From Gekko japonicus (taxonomy: Eukaryota), in NCBI RefSeq assembly GCF_001447785.1, contig NW_015162474.1, forward strand, positions 1,428,417 through 1,492,416: a stretch of DNA of 64,000 nt, written 5' to 3'. A program made the position numbers and the translations under genes. A model generated the notes under the pieces. That model saw only the letters and a program-made list of their open reading frames with translations, did not search any database and was not told the DNA's origin. This document shows positions 1 to 13,717 of the stretch, piece by piece (within the stretch, counting starts at the first letter, position 1; each line of letters starts with the position of its first letter).

Positions 1-1455
1 CCTGACATTCGGACTACCCCCTTCTTAGTAATTCCTGCACGGGAACCCTTACTTCGGAATAAAACCTTTTAGGTCTGGTAGCATTCACTTCTATATAGAG
101 CTTGGGCTTCAAGACTAGTAAGATTGAAAACTAGTGCCAAAAACTGCTTATGGAAATCCTGGAGGCACTGATGTAAGGTGGGATATTGAAGACAATTTAT
201 TCCATTTTGTTATGCCATCAAATAGCCATCACGTTTGTTAGGTCCATTCATACTAATAGACACCACCAAACTCTTAATAGTATTATTGCAGAGATCTATA
301 TATCAGTTGATAGATGTTAGCCAGCACATTGAGAGTGTTATGTAAAATATAATAGAAAACCTTTTTGCAAATCTGTTTAATATATTTATTTCAGCCATAA
401 GCCATAGCAACTTCACACTAATATGTGTTTAATTAAAATTTTGGGACAACAAGATAGACCCTATAAAATAGAGTAAGAACCATGGCAGTGCATCACACAG
501 TCAAATGCTGTAATGGGAGTTCTCTTTCCCCTATGACAGAGAGCAAGAATTTCTCTCTGAGTTTTGTAATATCATTTATTAGGTAAGAATGGAGCAAATA
601 CACATCCCTGCTTCACACCTCACCTGATTAATGCAGTGTCTGTTAAAATGCTACAGAAACTGATTTAACATTCAGGTACCAGTGTAAAGACCACTCGCAG
701 CAACAAGAATAAATCATGATCTAGACATGGTGCTCAATCTATACATGGTGCCCAGAGTATCTCCCTATCAAAAGACTGCCTTCAGATCATGATTAGGTGA
801 TCCTTCCAAGCAGGGAGCAAAGCTCTTCCTTCATGCACACTGCACACATGCTGCATCCCAACCCCAAAATATATTTTTTCTCTGGCTGCTGTTCTTTCTC
901 CTACAGACCTGAAGAAGGAGATCTGGCAACCATACTTACAAACCTATTGTCTGATGGATTTTAGTCAAGCTGCAGTGTCATCTTAAGAACAATTTCCTGG
1001 GAATAAGCCCCACTGAATAGGATTTGGTAGGACTTTGAGTAGCCTTTTCTAGGATTGCACTGTTAGTCCCACTGAAGTTTCTGCAGGTCCTTCAAGACTT
1101 TACATCACTTCCAAAAGTCCCTGCTACACAATGGATGGGAGACAGCATAGCTGAAGTTGTCAGCTTAGCTGCCATTGTATATGATGTTACCTGCTTCACA
1201 TGTCTTGTGTTCTCCCCCCCCCCCCTCGGTCTCTGTAGCTTCTTTATTCTGCTTCTTTGTGTTTTGCGGAACTGGTTTTTTGTTCCCCCCCCCCCCCCCC
1301 GGGTTTAGACTGCTTTATTCTGCTTCCCTGTATTATGCGGAACTGGCCAAGGTCGTGCAGCTGGTGGTGGGAGTCGGAGCTTCGCTAAGCTTGTTATGGT
1401 TATATTGTTTTGGTTATCTACCCTGTGAACTGAACCTGTGTTGATGGTACTGAAC

Positions 1456-1672
1456 TGTTACGTTCCCATGGAATAGGCGCGCGTTTCCAAGTTCTATTCC
1501 CGCCAGCGGGAATTGGCCTCATTGGCTCAACCTGGTTCAAATCCCTTTATCATGCTATACCTGTGTATTGGTAGTCATTCCTTTCAATGTCCTTGTTCCT
1601 GAACCATTGCTTTGAAATAAACCATGCTTTGAATTAAACGTGGAGTTATTTCGAAGGCCTGGGGATCCAACA
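1456..1672 (+). mobile_element. Probable solo LTR (may extend to about 1184)
   Basis: TGTTA...AACA termini flanked by GAAC on both sides; ATTGG boxes and AATAAA inside. Confidence 0.45.
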
Positions 1673-4143
1673 GAACTGTAGAAAAAGAAGATGGGCAAAC
1701 TAGGGCTGTGATTTGTACAGCCTAGCTCATCCTGGTAAGGTTGCCCATGTAAGCACAGTAGGTTTGACCAAAGAGCAATGAGAATATCTGTTAACTTTCA
1801 GACAGTCAGATATAGTCAGATACTAACAGCTGATGGCAAAAATCTCATCTTCCTTAAACAGCAATTGTTCTGTAGGTTTATTAAAGAACTTTTGTGGGAT
1901 GAAACTGTAGGATAATAGAAAAAATCTACCTCTCATTTGTCTCCTGCTACTTTCTCCAAGGAGCTCACTTAGGAGGTCTACTCAGTATCCTGAATTCAGC
2001 ACAGTCCTGAGCAGGTCCACTCAGAATCCTATTCAGTTCTAGTAAGTGAGGTTAACTTCCAGGAAACTGTTTAATATCACAGCTGAGTAAGGGATGCCAT
2101 TATGCTTCATAGTCAAGTTCAGTCTGGCTGTATTTATTAAGAAAATATCCAGGGTTTGTTTTTACCCCACAGTAATTGTTATTGCATTTTCTCATTTATT
2201 GTGCAAAAATTATGAGTATAAATCTAAAGTCCGCATTATTTAATGTTGCAATGCATGTCACTGAACAATATCAATATCACCTCTTGATTGGAAGGGGCTT
2301 TCTGCTGGAGTCAGAAAAAACATCTTTATTGGTTAATATCTCCTAGCCAGTGGCTAGCTGAACAGGAGTGGGGAAAGGCCTAGAAGGTTCAAACCAGTGT
2401 AACACAACACCTAAATTCTCAGGCTATTGGCTATTATTGTCTATGAACACTAAGTGGAATCTCCCTAGCTGTGATAAAAGTATCTGCATTGGAAAATAGA
2501 GTGAACATCAGTTCAATTTTATACCTGAACTATGATGAGTGTATTAGGATTGCTCCCTCGATGCCATGCAGCCAGTTAGAGTTTCTAGGGTTGAGCTATT
2601 GGATTCTAGCAACTAATCAACATATTTTCTGCTATTACGCTGTCATCTGGAAGCTCGGTGAGTGCATAGTCCCTTCTCCCAGTCTTTGAAAGACGGAGAA
2701 ACTAAAGAACTCACACAGCCCCCCTGGAGGGGGGGGATCACTGGACCTCAATTTGAGAAACACAGCGCTGTCCCTCACACTGATAATTGGATTCATAAGC
2801 CTGAGCCTATTCATTTCTAGATCTATGAAATAATTTAGGGATGAATTCCCAAAGGAAGCACTTGTAACCAACTAAGGAAATTAGCCACTCTTCAAGAACA
2901 ATTTCTTAGTAAATAAATAGCTTTTCCCCCTTAACTAAAAACTGAATTGCCCAGGTTTTTAAAAATTATTTTATTTCGCTAGCATTTATAAGCAGCGAAG
3001 TCTCAATATGTTATTATCATTTGAGATTTTAACTGTATAAACCATTTTATTATGGATTCTGGGGGAACAGTCCCATTCCTTGCTAAAAGTTCAATTAATA
3101 ATGATGAGAAACAGAAAGCAATTTGCACACAACTGCCACCTGGTGTACAATGCACATCCAACATAATTAAATGCGCTCACTATGAAGTTTCAAGAAAAAT
3201 GTAGATCTATACAGCTGTCTTACAGTAATGTGGCTTACATAGAATGCAAATTAAAGTAGGAAACATAATGCCTGTTATATAAGATGGACAAGAAAAACAA
3301 TTTGGATCTAGTTGACAACAGCACTGTACATTTCATTCTACCGAATTTCTTCCCCTTTCAGTAACTTCAGTTTATGAGATACTATTAATACTGAACAGCT
3401 GCTTGATCTTCTAGCTTAGTATAATCAACACTACAACACCACACTCTAGCTAAACTAAACAGAATAATTAATCAACTGGGCTCCAAGGATAAAGAATGCC
3501 TCTGGTTCTTTTTCTCCCTCTTGAAAGTTTGCCTTTTGACACAAGGCATTTTCCCCCTACTGTCCTCATTTGGGGCTTAGGTTAGGAAACATTCTCACCC
3601 CCAATTCTAACTATTACCCCAATTTTTCCTCCATGTTTGGAGATGTTGGGAAAGACTATAATTAGAAGCTGGTGAGATAAACTGCACAAAACCTTCCTTA
3701 TGAAGACCATGTATCCATGGAGATAGATTCAGGTGGGTAGCCGTGTTGGTCTGAAGCAACAGAACAAAGTTTGAGTCCAGTGGCACCTTTAAGACTGTAG
3801 GACAAGGGATCAATGGATGTGATTTATGAGTGTGATTTCTGACATTCCTCCTGTCTTGTATACCCCCAGCTGTCACAGTGCCTTTTTAGGAGTCTGACCA
3901 CAGTATATTCAGATCCTAGCATTTAGCCCAGACAGAAGTAATTTAGAGTAGAGAATCTAGATGTTCCCAAACAACATCTTTCTTTGTTATTTATTTATTT
4001 ATTTATTCAGGTATTTCTACCCCGCCCTACCCCGCAAGCGGGCTCAGGGCGGCTGAGCAGCAAGGCACCAGGTCCCGGGAAGTCTGCCAAGAGCAGAGTC
4101 CTATGTGAACTATCGCGCTTTATGAGGAAACTCACCGGCACTA

Positions 4144-4490
4144 TGTTGAGATAGACAAGTTCTAAATGATGTGAAAAGTATGCAGACAGAGAGTGATTTC
4201 AGCTAAGCATATCTTTATTTAGTCAGGAACAAAGACACTTGGCTGGCTCGCAGGCCGGCTTATATTCCTTCAGAAAACCCGCCACCAAACACACCAAACA
4301 CACCCCTCACTCCCGATTGGCTATTTACAGTAACCGAGAGACCTATTGGCCTCCCGGCTGTGGACCTAGCCCTTTCATTGGGCCTGGCTAGGATCCTACT
4401 GGCCCATTGTCTTTTGGCATGAAGCTAGTGGTGTTTGTGCCTGAGCCAGGCCGGGCATGTCTGGACATGTCAGGCTGGATACACTACATG
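4144..4490 (-). mobile_element. LTR-like segment
   Basis: TGTTG terminus; on the minus strand three CCAAT boxes, TATA and AATAAA in LTR order; TSD not resolved. Confidence 0.35.
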
Positions 4491-5550
4491 ATGCCTGAAA
4501 GATCTTATTGTTCCCTGAAGTTCTTTTCTGTTCCAGGACCAGATAAGCAGATGCAAAGACTTGTAATTCTGACCAGCACAGGGGGTACACCAATAGAGAA
4601 GTGCCTGCTCAAATGATATTTATTTATTTATTACTTTCAGTTTATATACCGCTCCAACCCCAAAGGGTCTCTGAGCAGTTTACATACAACTTTAATACCT
4701 ATCTAGGGCCACATTCTATCTGGGGGAGTGACGACCTATCGGCACCCAGGCAGCAGGGCTGTCTGTTTTTGTTGTGCGGCTCTTATTCTTTCGGCGTTCG
4801 GCGTTCCCAGTGTTCTGCCTCCTGACGCCTTAGATCGGGTCTTACTCCAGCGACTTTCTCCGGCGGACCTCATCTCGGTGTGTGGCCCCGTGCCAGCCGC
4901 AGCTCCGGCTCATGTCCTTTCTGGCTCTGCCGCGCTGCGCTGTCATGTCACCACCCCTCCGCGATTCCGTTTCCGCCCAGATTCCTCCACTCAGCGTTAC
5001 TAGGTCACTGGGTCGCCAGGGCTTGTCACTCGCTGATCGCTCTGCCATCGCCACCGCCATCCGCCGCTGCCGATGGTCCTGCTGCACACTGCCCACACGG
5101 GGGAGAGTGCCCCCTGCCACCTAGGGGCAGGTACCCAATTTATCTACTTGCTTACGCTTTTGAACCGCTGGGTGGGCGGGAGCTGGGACTAGGACCGGTG
5201 GAGAAGGAATAGAGTTAGCATAGGGTAATTGCATTCTTGTGCAAATCTTTTGCACATTTTTAAAGACTGGCATTCCCATCATCCACCAATCTGTTTTAAA
5301 TTTCCAAGAGTGTATAGTCAGTATCTTTTAACACTAACAGCATAGTACTGAGGATGGGTGTGGAAACATTAAAGGTGGTGACCAGCTGCATGTATCTCAG
5401 AGATAAGCTGGCCTATTATTCCACTGATGCTCCCCTATGGCCAGCCATAGACCCCAGGTCAGAAGATGGTTGTATGACGCCAGGTCCTTTGCAGATTGTC
5501 AGACTCTTGCCAGAGGACATGTTAGTCTGTCCGCAGCAGTAGAAAAAAAG

Positions 5551-5820
5551 AGAAGAGAAGAAGAGATTGGATTTATACCCTGCCCTTCACTACCCAAAGG
5601 TATCTCAGAGTGGCTTACAAACTCCTTTCCCTCCCCCTCCTCACAACAGACCCCCTGTGAGGTAAGTGGGGCTGAGAGAGCTCTTGACAGAAACTGCTCT
5701 TTCAAGAACAGCTCTTATCAGAGCTACGGCTTGCCCAAGGTCATTCAGCAGGTGCAAGTGGAGGAGTGGGGAATCAAACCTGGTTCTCCCAGATTAGAGT
5801 CCGCACACTTAACCACACTA
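5551..5820 (-). mobile_element. tRNA-derived SINE (Squam3-like)
   Basis: Inverse copy of 38367-38647. Confidence 0.85.
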
Positions 5821-5949
5821 TCCATTCATTCATCTATCACTGCTCATACAGCTATAGCCGTGAGTAGAAAAATAATAAAATAAAACAATGCCTTGCTTGA
5901 ATCTGTCTGCTTTTAATTATTGCCCCTAAAAATTTGCCACAGAGTAACA

Positions 5950-8530
5950 GAATCATTTGTATCTGATAATAACATCACCTGTCTCCTCATACTCAGGTGT
6001 CTTGTTAGACCTTTCCATCATTTGGAGTAAAGGAGTAATTAAACTGGCCCTCAACTCATTAAATAGGACATTCCATAATCATATGTTCAATAGTTTCAAT
6101 TTTATCAGATGAGCATCTACATATTGTTTGTATATGGCACTTTTTAATATCTGTCCTCCAAGACTGCAAACGGAACAGAATTCATTCTGGCCATAGAAAA
6201 AGCTCTTCTGAGCTTTGGTACTGACAACTGATAAAAGTACTTTAGCACTCGCATTGGGAAGGCAATACCTAAATAAGATGCTGAGCATACCCTGCAGGCC
6301 CTGACAGATGTGCTGTTAATATCCAATTTCTTAATGCACAATTTAATTAGCCTAATTTTTTTTTGGCCTTTGATCTTCACCATATCATTTGTTATACCTA
6401 GAGATATCATTTTCTTTTCCAGTAGTTGATTCCATTGGCTATTATATATATCTGCTTGTAAAAGTCCAAGGAGGGTAGATCCTCCCCCAGATTTTAAGAT
6501 CTTAACTTTCAAAAGAAATGCTTTAATCCAGGGATGTCCAACTCATTTGTTGTGAGGGCTGGATCTGACATAAATGGGACCTTGTTGGGCCGGGCCATGT
6601 GTGTCATAAAATGTAATGCCAGGTAGTGGAGATATAAACTTTATAAAGGACACAAACATTTTTTTTCCTTAAAATAAAAACATGCTTAAAACATTAGCAC
6701 TCTTGCAATATTTTGTTTATTTGTGTCTGATAACTGACACCTCTTGCTCTGAATTATTGCATCAAAATGTCTGTGCTGTTGCAATCTTGAGTATGCTGTT
6801 CAGGTGTGTATCTGTAAGCTGCAAACTTACAATGGCGCAGCAGCAGCAGAACTGGAAGAAGCAGAAAACAGCCAGTTCCACTGTGGGACTGATAGAAGCC
6901 CTGCGGGGGCCTGATCCAGCCCCCGGGCCACATGTTTGACACCCCTGCTTTAATTCATGCCTTAGCCTCCATCAATGATTTGCCCAATTCAGCTTTCAGT
7001 GCTATACCTGAACCACATCTGGGGGTAGCCAATATGTGCAGAAAAAAATCATATTGAATAGAATCAATTCTATCAGAGACAGTAGCTATCCAAATTTTCA
7101 CACCATATATTGTTTTGTTGCTTTAGTATTATATACCTTTATAGCCGAGGGGACAAATTTGCCACCTGCTCTATAATATTTTACAATTGTTACACAGTTC
7201 TCAGGGCATTAATCCTTGCCAAGTCCAAATGTGGTTTCCATGAAAGGGATGTGTCAAAATGTATTCCCAGGTATTTAAATTGATTGACTTGTTCCATTTG
7301 TTGGCCTGCTATATGCCATCTAACGGTTTTTGTTCTTTTCCTTTTACTAAATATTAGGACCTTAGATTTTACTGTACTATCAGACCTTTATGATTGCAAT
7401 AATCCTCATTTTTTATCAATTGATATATTTATCAATAGATATGTATCAGACCCACAACTGATATAGACATTATCACTGCATCGTCTGCATACAAGAGAAT
7501 TGGAAGTTAGCGCTTGGATAAATACAGGAGATGGAAATCATTCCTCAGGAGACAAGGTCTAAGGTAATTTATTTATTAATTGAACAGCAGGGGGGCAAGA
7601 ATACACCCATTTAACACTTTTGTCTAGGTAAAGTACCCCAGATAACTGCCCTTGTTCCCCACACCAGACCCGGGCAGTGGGGCATCTGTATAGCTGTTGC
7701 ATTACCTATAAGAGACGAAGTTCAATACCATAATTCTTTAACTTTTCTCATACTCTGGGCCTAGAAATTGTGTCAAATGCTGACTTGAGATCTACTCGTA
7801 TATTTATCAACTAGATATTGAAGGATATGACAATGATCAATAGTACTTGCTCCTTTCCTGAAGCTGGCCTGCTCATTCCTAGGGATGTTATTTTCTTCAA
7901 CCAGTGATCTAAGTTTTCCAAAAAGCATTGCAGCATAGGGTTTTCTAACAGTGGATAACAAACTCACTGAGCAATAGTTTTTTGGTTCCGTCAGGTCCTT
8001 TTTGTAAATTGGTACAATTATTGCAGTGCACCAAACTTCAGGAATACATCCCATCTTGTTTATATCAGTAAAAACTGAGGCCAGAATCTGTGCCCATCAA
8101 TTTAAAACAGTTCCACTGGTATTAGTTCAGGGCCAGGTTCTTTCCCCTTTTTTGTTGTTTAATCAAGATCTTAATCTCATTAGCTGTTACTGGGGGCCAT
8201 TCCTTTATATCTGGTGACAATCTCAGTCTACTATTTGGTATATCTCCATTTTTATTTGCAAATGTAGTCATGAAGAAGGCTTCCCAAACAGCTGCCAGAA
8301 TATGGCAAGGTATGGGGAACTTTGTATTTAATTCTTAAGGTCCAAAAGATTTTTTGTTTTTACAGCCCATAATAAATGATCCCATTCATTTTTGGGGGCC
8401 TCAAGCTTTAGTTTTCAATTATTTTTTTTATATTCTTTTCAGTTTCAAAATACTCAGCAATATCTTTGTTCAGTTCATATTTTTAAACTGTCCAATTGCT
8501 CTTTTGAAAGCCTTACAGTCAATATCAAAC
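5950..8530 (-). mobile_element. Degenerate non-LTR LINE ORF2 (RT), RTE/RTE-X-like
   Basis: IIVPIYKK..KNY.SVSLLS..EQASFRKGASTIDH (ORF 7773..8054), GCILAPLLFN (~7580-7610) and LLYADDAV (~7475-7500); many stops; boundaries approximate. Confidence 0.8.
6529..6947. mobile_element. hAT (Charlie-like) MITE nested in the LINE
   Basis: TIRs CAGGGATGTCCAAC / GTTTGACACCCCTG; 8-bp TSD CTTTAATC / CTTTAATT. Confidence 0.88.
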
Positions 8531-8541
8531 CAAGTTATCAC

Positions 8542-9043
8542 GTCCAGTAGCACCTTAAAGACTAACAAAATTTGTGGTAGGATATGAGCTTTCATGAGTC
8601 ACTGCTCACTTCTTCAGATACAGCTAGAATATGAGTCCATCTGTCCTATATATTGGAAAGTGGAGTGATTTCAGATGCCAAATGACATTAGGAGGCAAAT
8701 GACAATAGCAATGTGATTGGAATAGGTGCGATCTGCAGAGGTAGTAAGCATGAACAAATCAGCATTGGTAACAACAGAAAACCAATGTGCTCGAGATAAT
8801 GAATCCACTTGCACTGAATCAAGACCTAGGTTTCCTGTCTCATTACCAATGCTGATGTCTCCACACCTACTACCTCTCTGCATATCAAACCTAATCCAAT
8901 CACACTTACTGTCATTTGGCTTCTGAAATCACTCAATTTTCCAGCATATAGGACAGATGGCCTCATATTGTAGCTGTATCTGAAGTGAGCAGTGACTCAC
9001 GAAAGCTCATACCATACCACAAATTTTGTTAGTCTTTAAGGTG
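8542..9043. mobile_element. Penelope-like element remnant with inverted pseudo-LTRs (fold-back)
   Basis: 8551-8790 is an inverse copy of about 8830-9043; centre carries the Penelope ORF terminus LNQDLGFLSHY; hammerhead-like cores in both arms. Confidence 0.8.
8583..8621 (-). ncRNA. Minimal type-I hammerhead ribozyme-like motif (Penelope type)
   Basis: Minus strand GTAT-CTGAAGA-A-GTGAG cagtga CTCAT-GAAA-GC-TC-ATA: CUGANGA and GAAA cores, stem II hairpin, palindromic AGCU stem III, short stem I. Confidence 0.6.
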
Positions 9044-10081
9044 TTTCAGAGGACAGGTGGCACCCTTCCCCTGTGGGCTATGAAGGAACACTCAAGGCAC
9101 ATGCCTCTATTGAGGGTGCACTGTTGTGGGGGTTTTCCTTCCTGTTCTATGGCACTCTGGAGGTGGGGAGTAGCACTGACAACAATCAGTGGCCACATCA
9201 GCAGGCTGTGATTGGCTGCACCTGTGTGTGCCACTTAGCACACCACTGCCTGACTGGTGGATGTTGATATAGACTCCTTTCTCTGCAGTGCCATGGCCCT
9301 GCGGCCTGATAAATGATATGATGAATTAGGTTTTTCTTTATGATGATACTCTGTGATGTTACTCGGCAATTTTAATTTGACTCTGTGTGTACTTAGATTA
9401 CTGTATTTTTATTTATATGCCAATAAAAGGCTTTGGATTGGATTGGATATGGACTCCAGCATGCTCAGCTGTCTTCCATCAGCAGGCAAAGATTTTGTTT
9501 TGGTTGGCATATCATTGGTAAGAGTTACTGGTGCTCCTCCCTGGTTTTGGTCTTTTTATTAAATTATTTTATAATGTTTTATGTGGGATGTCCATGGGGA
9601 TCTGACCTGTGCCACCGCTGTTATATGGAAAGCTGGTGGCCACTGCCACAGAAACCCAAGACTGGGCTGTGCATCATGCTAAGTGATCCCTGATACGGAT
9701 ACTTAAGTGGCAGGCTAGATCAGACCCAAAATCAAGTTGATCAGAGATAATGACTTGTGGTCCACCTTTTGCCCATCAAGCCATCATTGTTGGCTGAGCC
9801 TGCTGCTCATTGCTGGGATTCTAGGTAGTTTAGTTATTGCTAGTTTCCCACTCATTCAGTGGACGAAAGGCATTAGGGTCACTCTCTGATCTTCTACAGA
9901 CTAACAATGGTATGTTCAAAGCAAATTGCCAGCTTACCTGATAAATCTCAACTTTATGATTCGTGATTTAAAATAATCTTACTGCTGCTGCGCAATCATA
10001 TCACTTTCTGGTACTGAAGAGATACACATGTGAAAGAAATTTAAACCACAGCAACATGAAATAAGACTGTCCCAAAATACT

Positions 10082-10087
10082 TTTATT
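10082..10087 (-). terminator. Probable YEATS4 polyadenylation signal AATAAA
   Basis: tttatt on the plus strand about 600 nt after the stop codon. Confidence 0.5.
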
Positions 10088-10689
10088 CACAGGCTGGTAT
10101 CTGCAATTCACACAGAGCACAAAAACTGTAAAATTTATAATCTGTCAGGTGTATCCTATGTAAACCCAACAGCAACTCTTCTTTGTCCAACAGATACTTT
10201 ATCAGATGATCCTGAAAATGCTGAACAGAAACCCACATGAAACTCACAGTGCCATTCTAATCTTAAATCCACTGAAGTCAGGAACATAACTTTGCGTGGG
10301 ATGGCACTGTTACTTTACTTACCTATGCACCAAAGACTTCCTCCTATCTAGGTCAATGGCTGAGTAGCTCTTAAAGTGAACAATATTACTAAATATATGA
10401 ACACCAATTACGCAGAGAGATTTCATATACGGCTCAGTGAAGAACAATACAAATGCTTAGGTTCTTTACCTCAAATGCAATTTAGAATATTTTTTTCAGT
10501 TCTGAGGTAGTTGTATGATTTAAAATAAGAGATAAAACATCTTTAATTTCAATTATGAAAATACTACTTAAAAAGAAATGGCACATGTTGATTTCCCCTT
10601 GCAAAGAAATGTCTAAATCCCTTATATGCAGTTGCTGCTACAAAATCTGAATCAGTTCCATGATCGGCTCTTTAGAAGGTTTGTATGTA

Positions 10690-10859
10690 TCATATCTCTT
10701 TGGACTGATCATCATCTTCAAGTTTCCTGATTTCACTTTTCAAACAGTTTATAGTTTCACGACTTGCTTTTAATCTTTCTTTAAGTTCAGCAATCTCAAA
10801 ACTGGTTTTCTTTTTGGCAGCTTCTAGCTTCTCCCGAGTTTTTACTTCCACATTGGCAA
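10690..10859 (-). CDS. YEATS4: YEATS4 exon 7, C-terminal coiled coil, ending ...EDDDQSKEI*
   Basis: TGA at 10692-10690; the seven exons sum to 684 nt = 227 aa plus stop, the canonical length. Confidence 0.96.
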
Positions 10860-11061
10860 CTTAATGAAAAACAAAAGTTATGCTTAAAAATCATATTTTA
10901 AGAACCGCAGCATTTCTATAAAGCCAGATTGCAGACCTGGTCATTTTCCGCAGCAACTGCATGCAGAATTATAAATCTGGCTGTTGATCCTCAAATTGAT
11001 GCCTCAGGTACCTAAAATACAGTATAACACATAGCTTTACAAATTCTGCAATTCGACTTAC

Positions 11062-11149
11062 ATTCTGTTTCATGCTTATAAGCACCAAGTGTTAATTGAC
11101 GAGATGTAGTCAGGAGTTGTTGCATCATTGCAGTAGGATCCTGGAAAAT
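11062..11149 (-). CDS. YEATS4: YEATS4 exon 6 (IFQDPTAMMQQLLTTSRQLTLGAYKHETE)
   Basis: Manual translation; AG/GT boundaries; 88 nt. Confidence 0.96.
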
Positions 11150-11177
11150 CTAAAGGACAAAAAGCAACTTATTTTTA

Positions 11178-11318
<141 letters not shown>

Positions 11319-12118
11319 CTATGCAAGAGAGAGAAATGAATTATTTAACTTATAGAGACATTATTTAAACTGCGTGTCACCAAGAAAGTGTTAACATCCT
11401 ACACAATAGGTGCAGTGATTAACTAGAGAAGCATTCAGTGAAAAACATTATTGGACTGCACAGGATCTAACGAATCCAGTTAGATGGATAAGTCACAGGG
11501 CACTTGCACTAGTAATGTTTTCAAGTTTGCATCTTTCAGAATTCTAGTAGATCAGAACTGTCCCACACTTGATATCACAAGTTACTGTACTCATCTTGGA
11601 AGCAATAGACATGAAAAAGTATTTTCTTCTTATCTTCAAATATCATAATTCCCTCTCCCCTACCTTCTCAGCTATTAAATTCAGCTACACATAAGCCAGC
11701 TCTACATTTGGATTTAACGAATTAAAAAAACCAGAAATTACAATAATCTCAAGTAACACAAATAATGTGTTACCCACATCAGCTCTTGAAACCATGATCC
11801 CTCTCTGACCCAGCATAAAGTACTAACTGAAGAACTTCATAACCAAGGCTGAACCAAGTCCTTCCTAGCAAGGATGCTAGACTATCTCATGCCAAGCTTG
11901 TGGGCATTTAATAATTGCTTCCAATATAGAATTTAAACAGAAAGCATTCTATAATGTTATTTTAAAGAGAAAAAGTGCACCACCCCAACAGTCTTCTGCA
12001 CAAGCAGCTATTCAAGTTAAAGACACCCTTTTCCATATGGGCTCTGCCAAAACAGAGTTTGACTTGCAATACAATGAGATATGAAAAAGGCCCATGTCAT
12101 TTGAATTAGAATACTTAC

Positions 12119-12213
12119 AGGTCTCTCATTAGGATCAATAAAAAATATTTTAATGATAATTTCAAATTCACCCCATCCGGTTTCAGTGATTTCATATGGT
12201 GGTTTAGTTACAA
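12119..12213 (-). CDS. YEATS4: YEATS4 exon 4 ([17 protein letters not shown]...PNERP)
   Basis: Contains the YEATS acyl-lysine pocket motif GWGEF; AG/GT boundaries; 95 nt. Confidence 0.97.
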
Positions 12214-12300
12214 CTAAAAGAGAAGAATAGTAATTGTAAGTGGACGTATGAGTGTACGAGTAATGAAAATCATGTTTCATTAATAAAACATAAATTGTAC

Positions 12301-12367
12301 CTCTTAATGGATTACCATAGCTTTCATGCAACTTAAACTGAATTTTCTTTACGTAGGCAGACATATC
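12301..12367 (-). CDS. YEATS4: YEATS4 exon 3 ([22 protein letters not shown])
   Basis: Translation plus AG/GT boundaries; 67 nt. Confidence 0.96.
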
Positions 12368-13052
12368 CTAGAACAAATATAGCCACCAATTACTTACAAC
12401 CTCTTTAAACACTTTACAATGTTCATTGTTCTTTCCTAGTCCCCATCACCCCCCACAGTTGACCCTTGATTTGTTTGGATAGAATTAGCAGTTTTTAAGC
12501 TTCTGGCTCTTGCAACATGTGTGTGATCTGTCTGATTTTCCCTAAGATGCTTCTTAAACTATCATCCTATTTAGAAAGATAGCGCATTCCAATAAAAGCA
12601 TTCCAGCCAATGGGAATTTCCAGTCAACCAACTTCAGATTGCAGTACTTCTCAGGTATTCACTGTACCTTTTCCTAAACAATCATCCTTTTATTTATTGT
12701 AGGATACAAATTTCCCAGTTTGGAGCAACTAATATACTTAATTTCAAATTAGACAACTGCTAGAAGAGCCAGCCAACCAAACACAAGGGAAGTTCTGTGT
12801 GCAGAACAGATTTTCCTGTCTCTCCATTCCTGTTCTAGCCTCCAAGAGACTCCTGACAGTGAGGTTAAGGAAAGACAGGACATGTAGTGTGGGGTCTGCA
12901 ATGGGATAGAACTCTCAGAAATCATTTTCCTCTTAAGGATGTGCCCCTGTGTTCAAGAAGGAGGCTTGATAGATTCCAGCCCCATATTCAAGCACAATAT
13001 CAGAATAAAACAAACCTAAGTTTATGAATTTGAGTTGAATTTTTTTGCCTAC

Positions 13053-13172
13053 CTCATTTCTATAAGGTTTAACATAAACTGTCCACTGATGTGTGTGTCC
13101 ATCCTCTTCCCGTTTCTTCCCAAAATAGCGTGCAACATTCCCATAAACTATAGGTTTCACAATAGTAACACC
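13053..13172 (-). CDS. YEATS4: YEATS4 exon 2 ([11 protein letters not shown]...KPYRNE), YEATS domain
   Basis: ORF 12933..13214 contains the YEATS domain sequence; AG/GT boundaries; 120 nt. Confidence 0.97.
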
Positions 13173-13717
13173 CTTTAAATAAGATAAACACGCAAAAATC
13201 ATTTCAGAATTCAACTTGCTATAAAATCTGACATTTCATTCAACATGTTTTCCAGCACTTTGAAACTAATTCTTTCTTCCATTATATATTAAGAAAACCA
13301 TATTTCCTTGACAAGAGAATATAAAGACTCAGAGCCATACTTTTTCTTAGTAAATACAAAACCCTGCAAAAGTTATAAACTATGAAAGAACTTTGAAACA
13401 CAAACAATTCCAAATGTTATTTAACACAAATTTAAATTCCAAATTACAATTGTTGTTTCTAAAAACCAAATAAGAGAAATCTGGGGAAGAGAAGCTGATT
13501 GAAAAAAAGAAAATTAAAATAAAATTGAAATACTAGTTCAGTTTAAAAATGGAATCCAAAGAACCCAAGCCTAAGTGTACGTAATCAAATTTAATTAATA
13601 GACACTTCAAACCTTCATCAAGGTTTGTACTAAGATGGACATGCATCTCAGAACTGTACCGTTTTCGTTCAAAAAAGTCTTAATCCCATCTGTAGGTATT
13701 TCTGCATCATCCTCAAG

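Noticed and set aside
5437-5883. 148-aa ORF, and similar ORFs at 38334-38678, 56238-56510 and 61056-61325
   Set aside because: Read through SINE sequence; not genes
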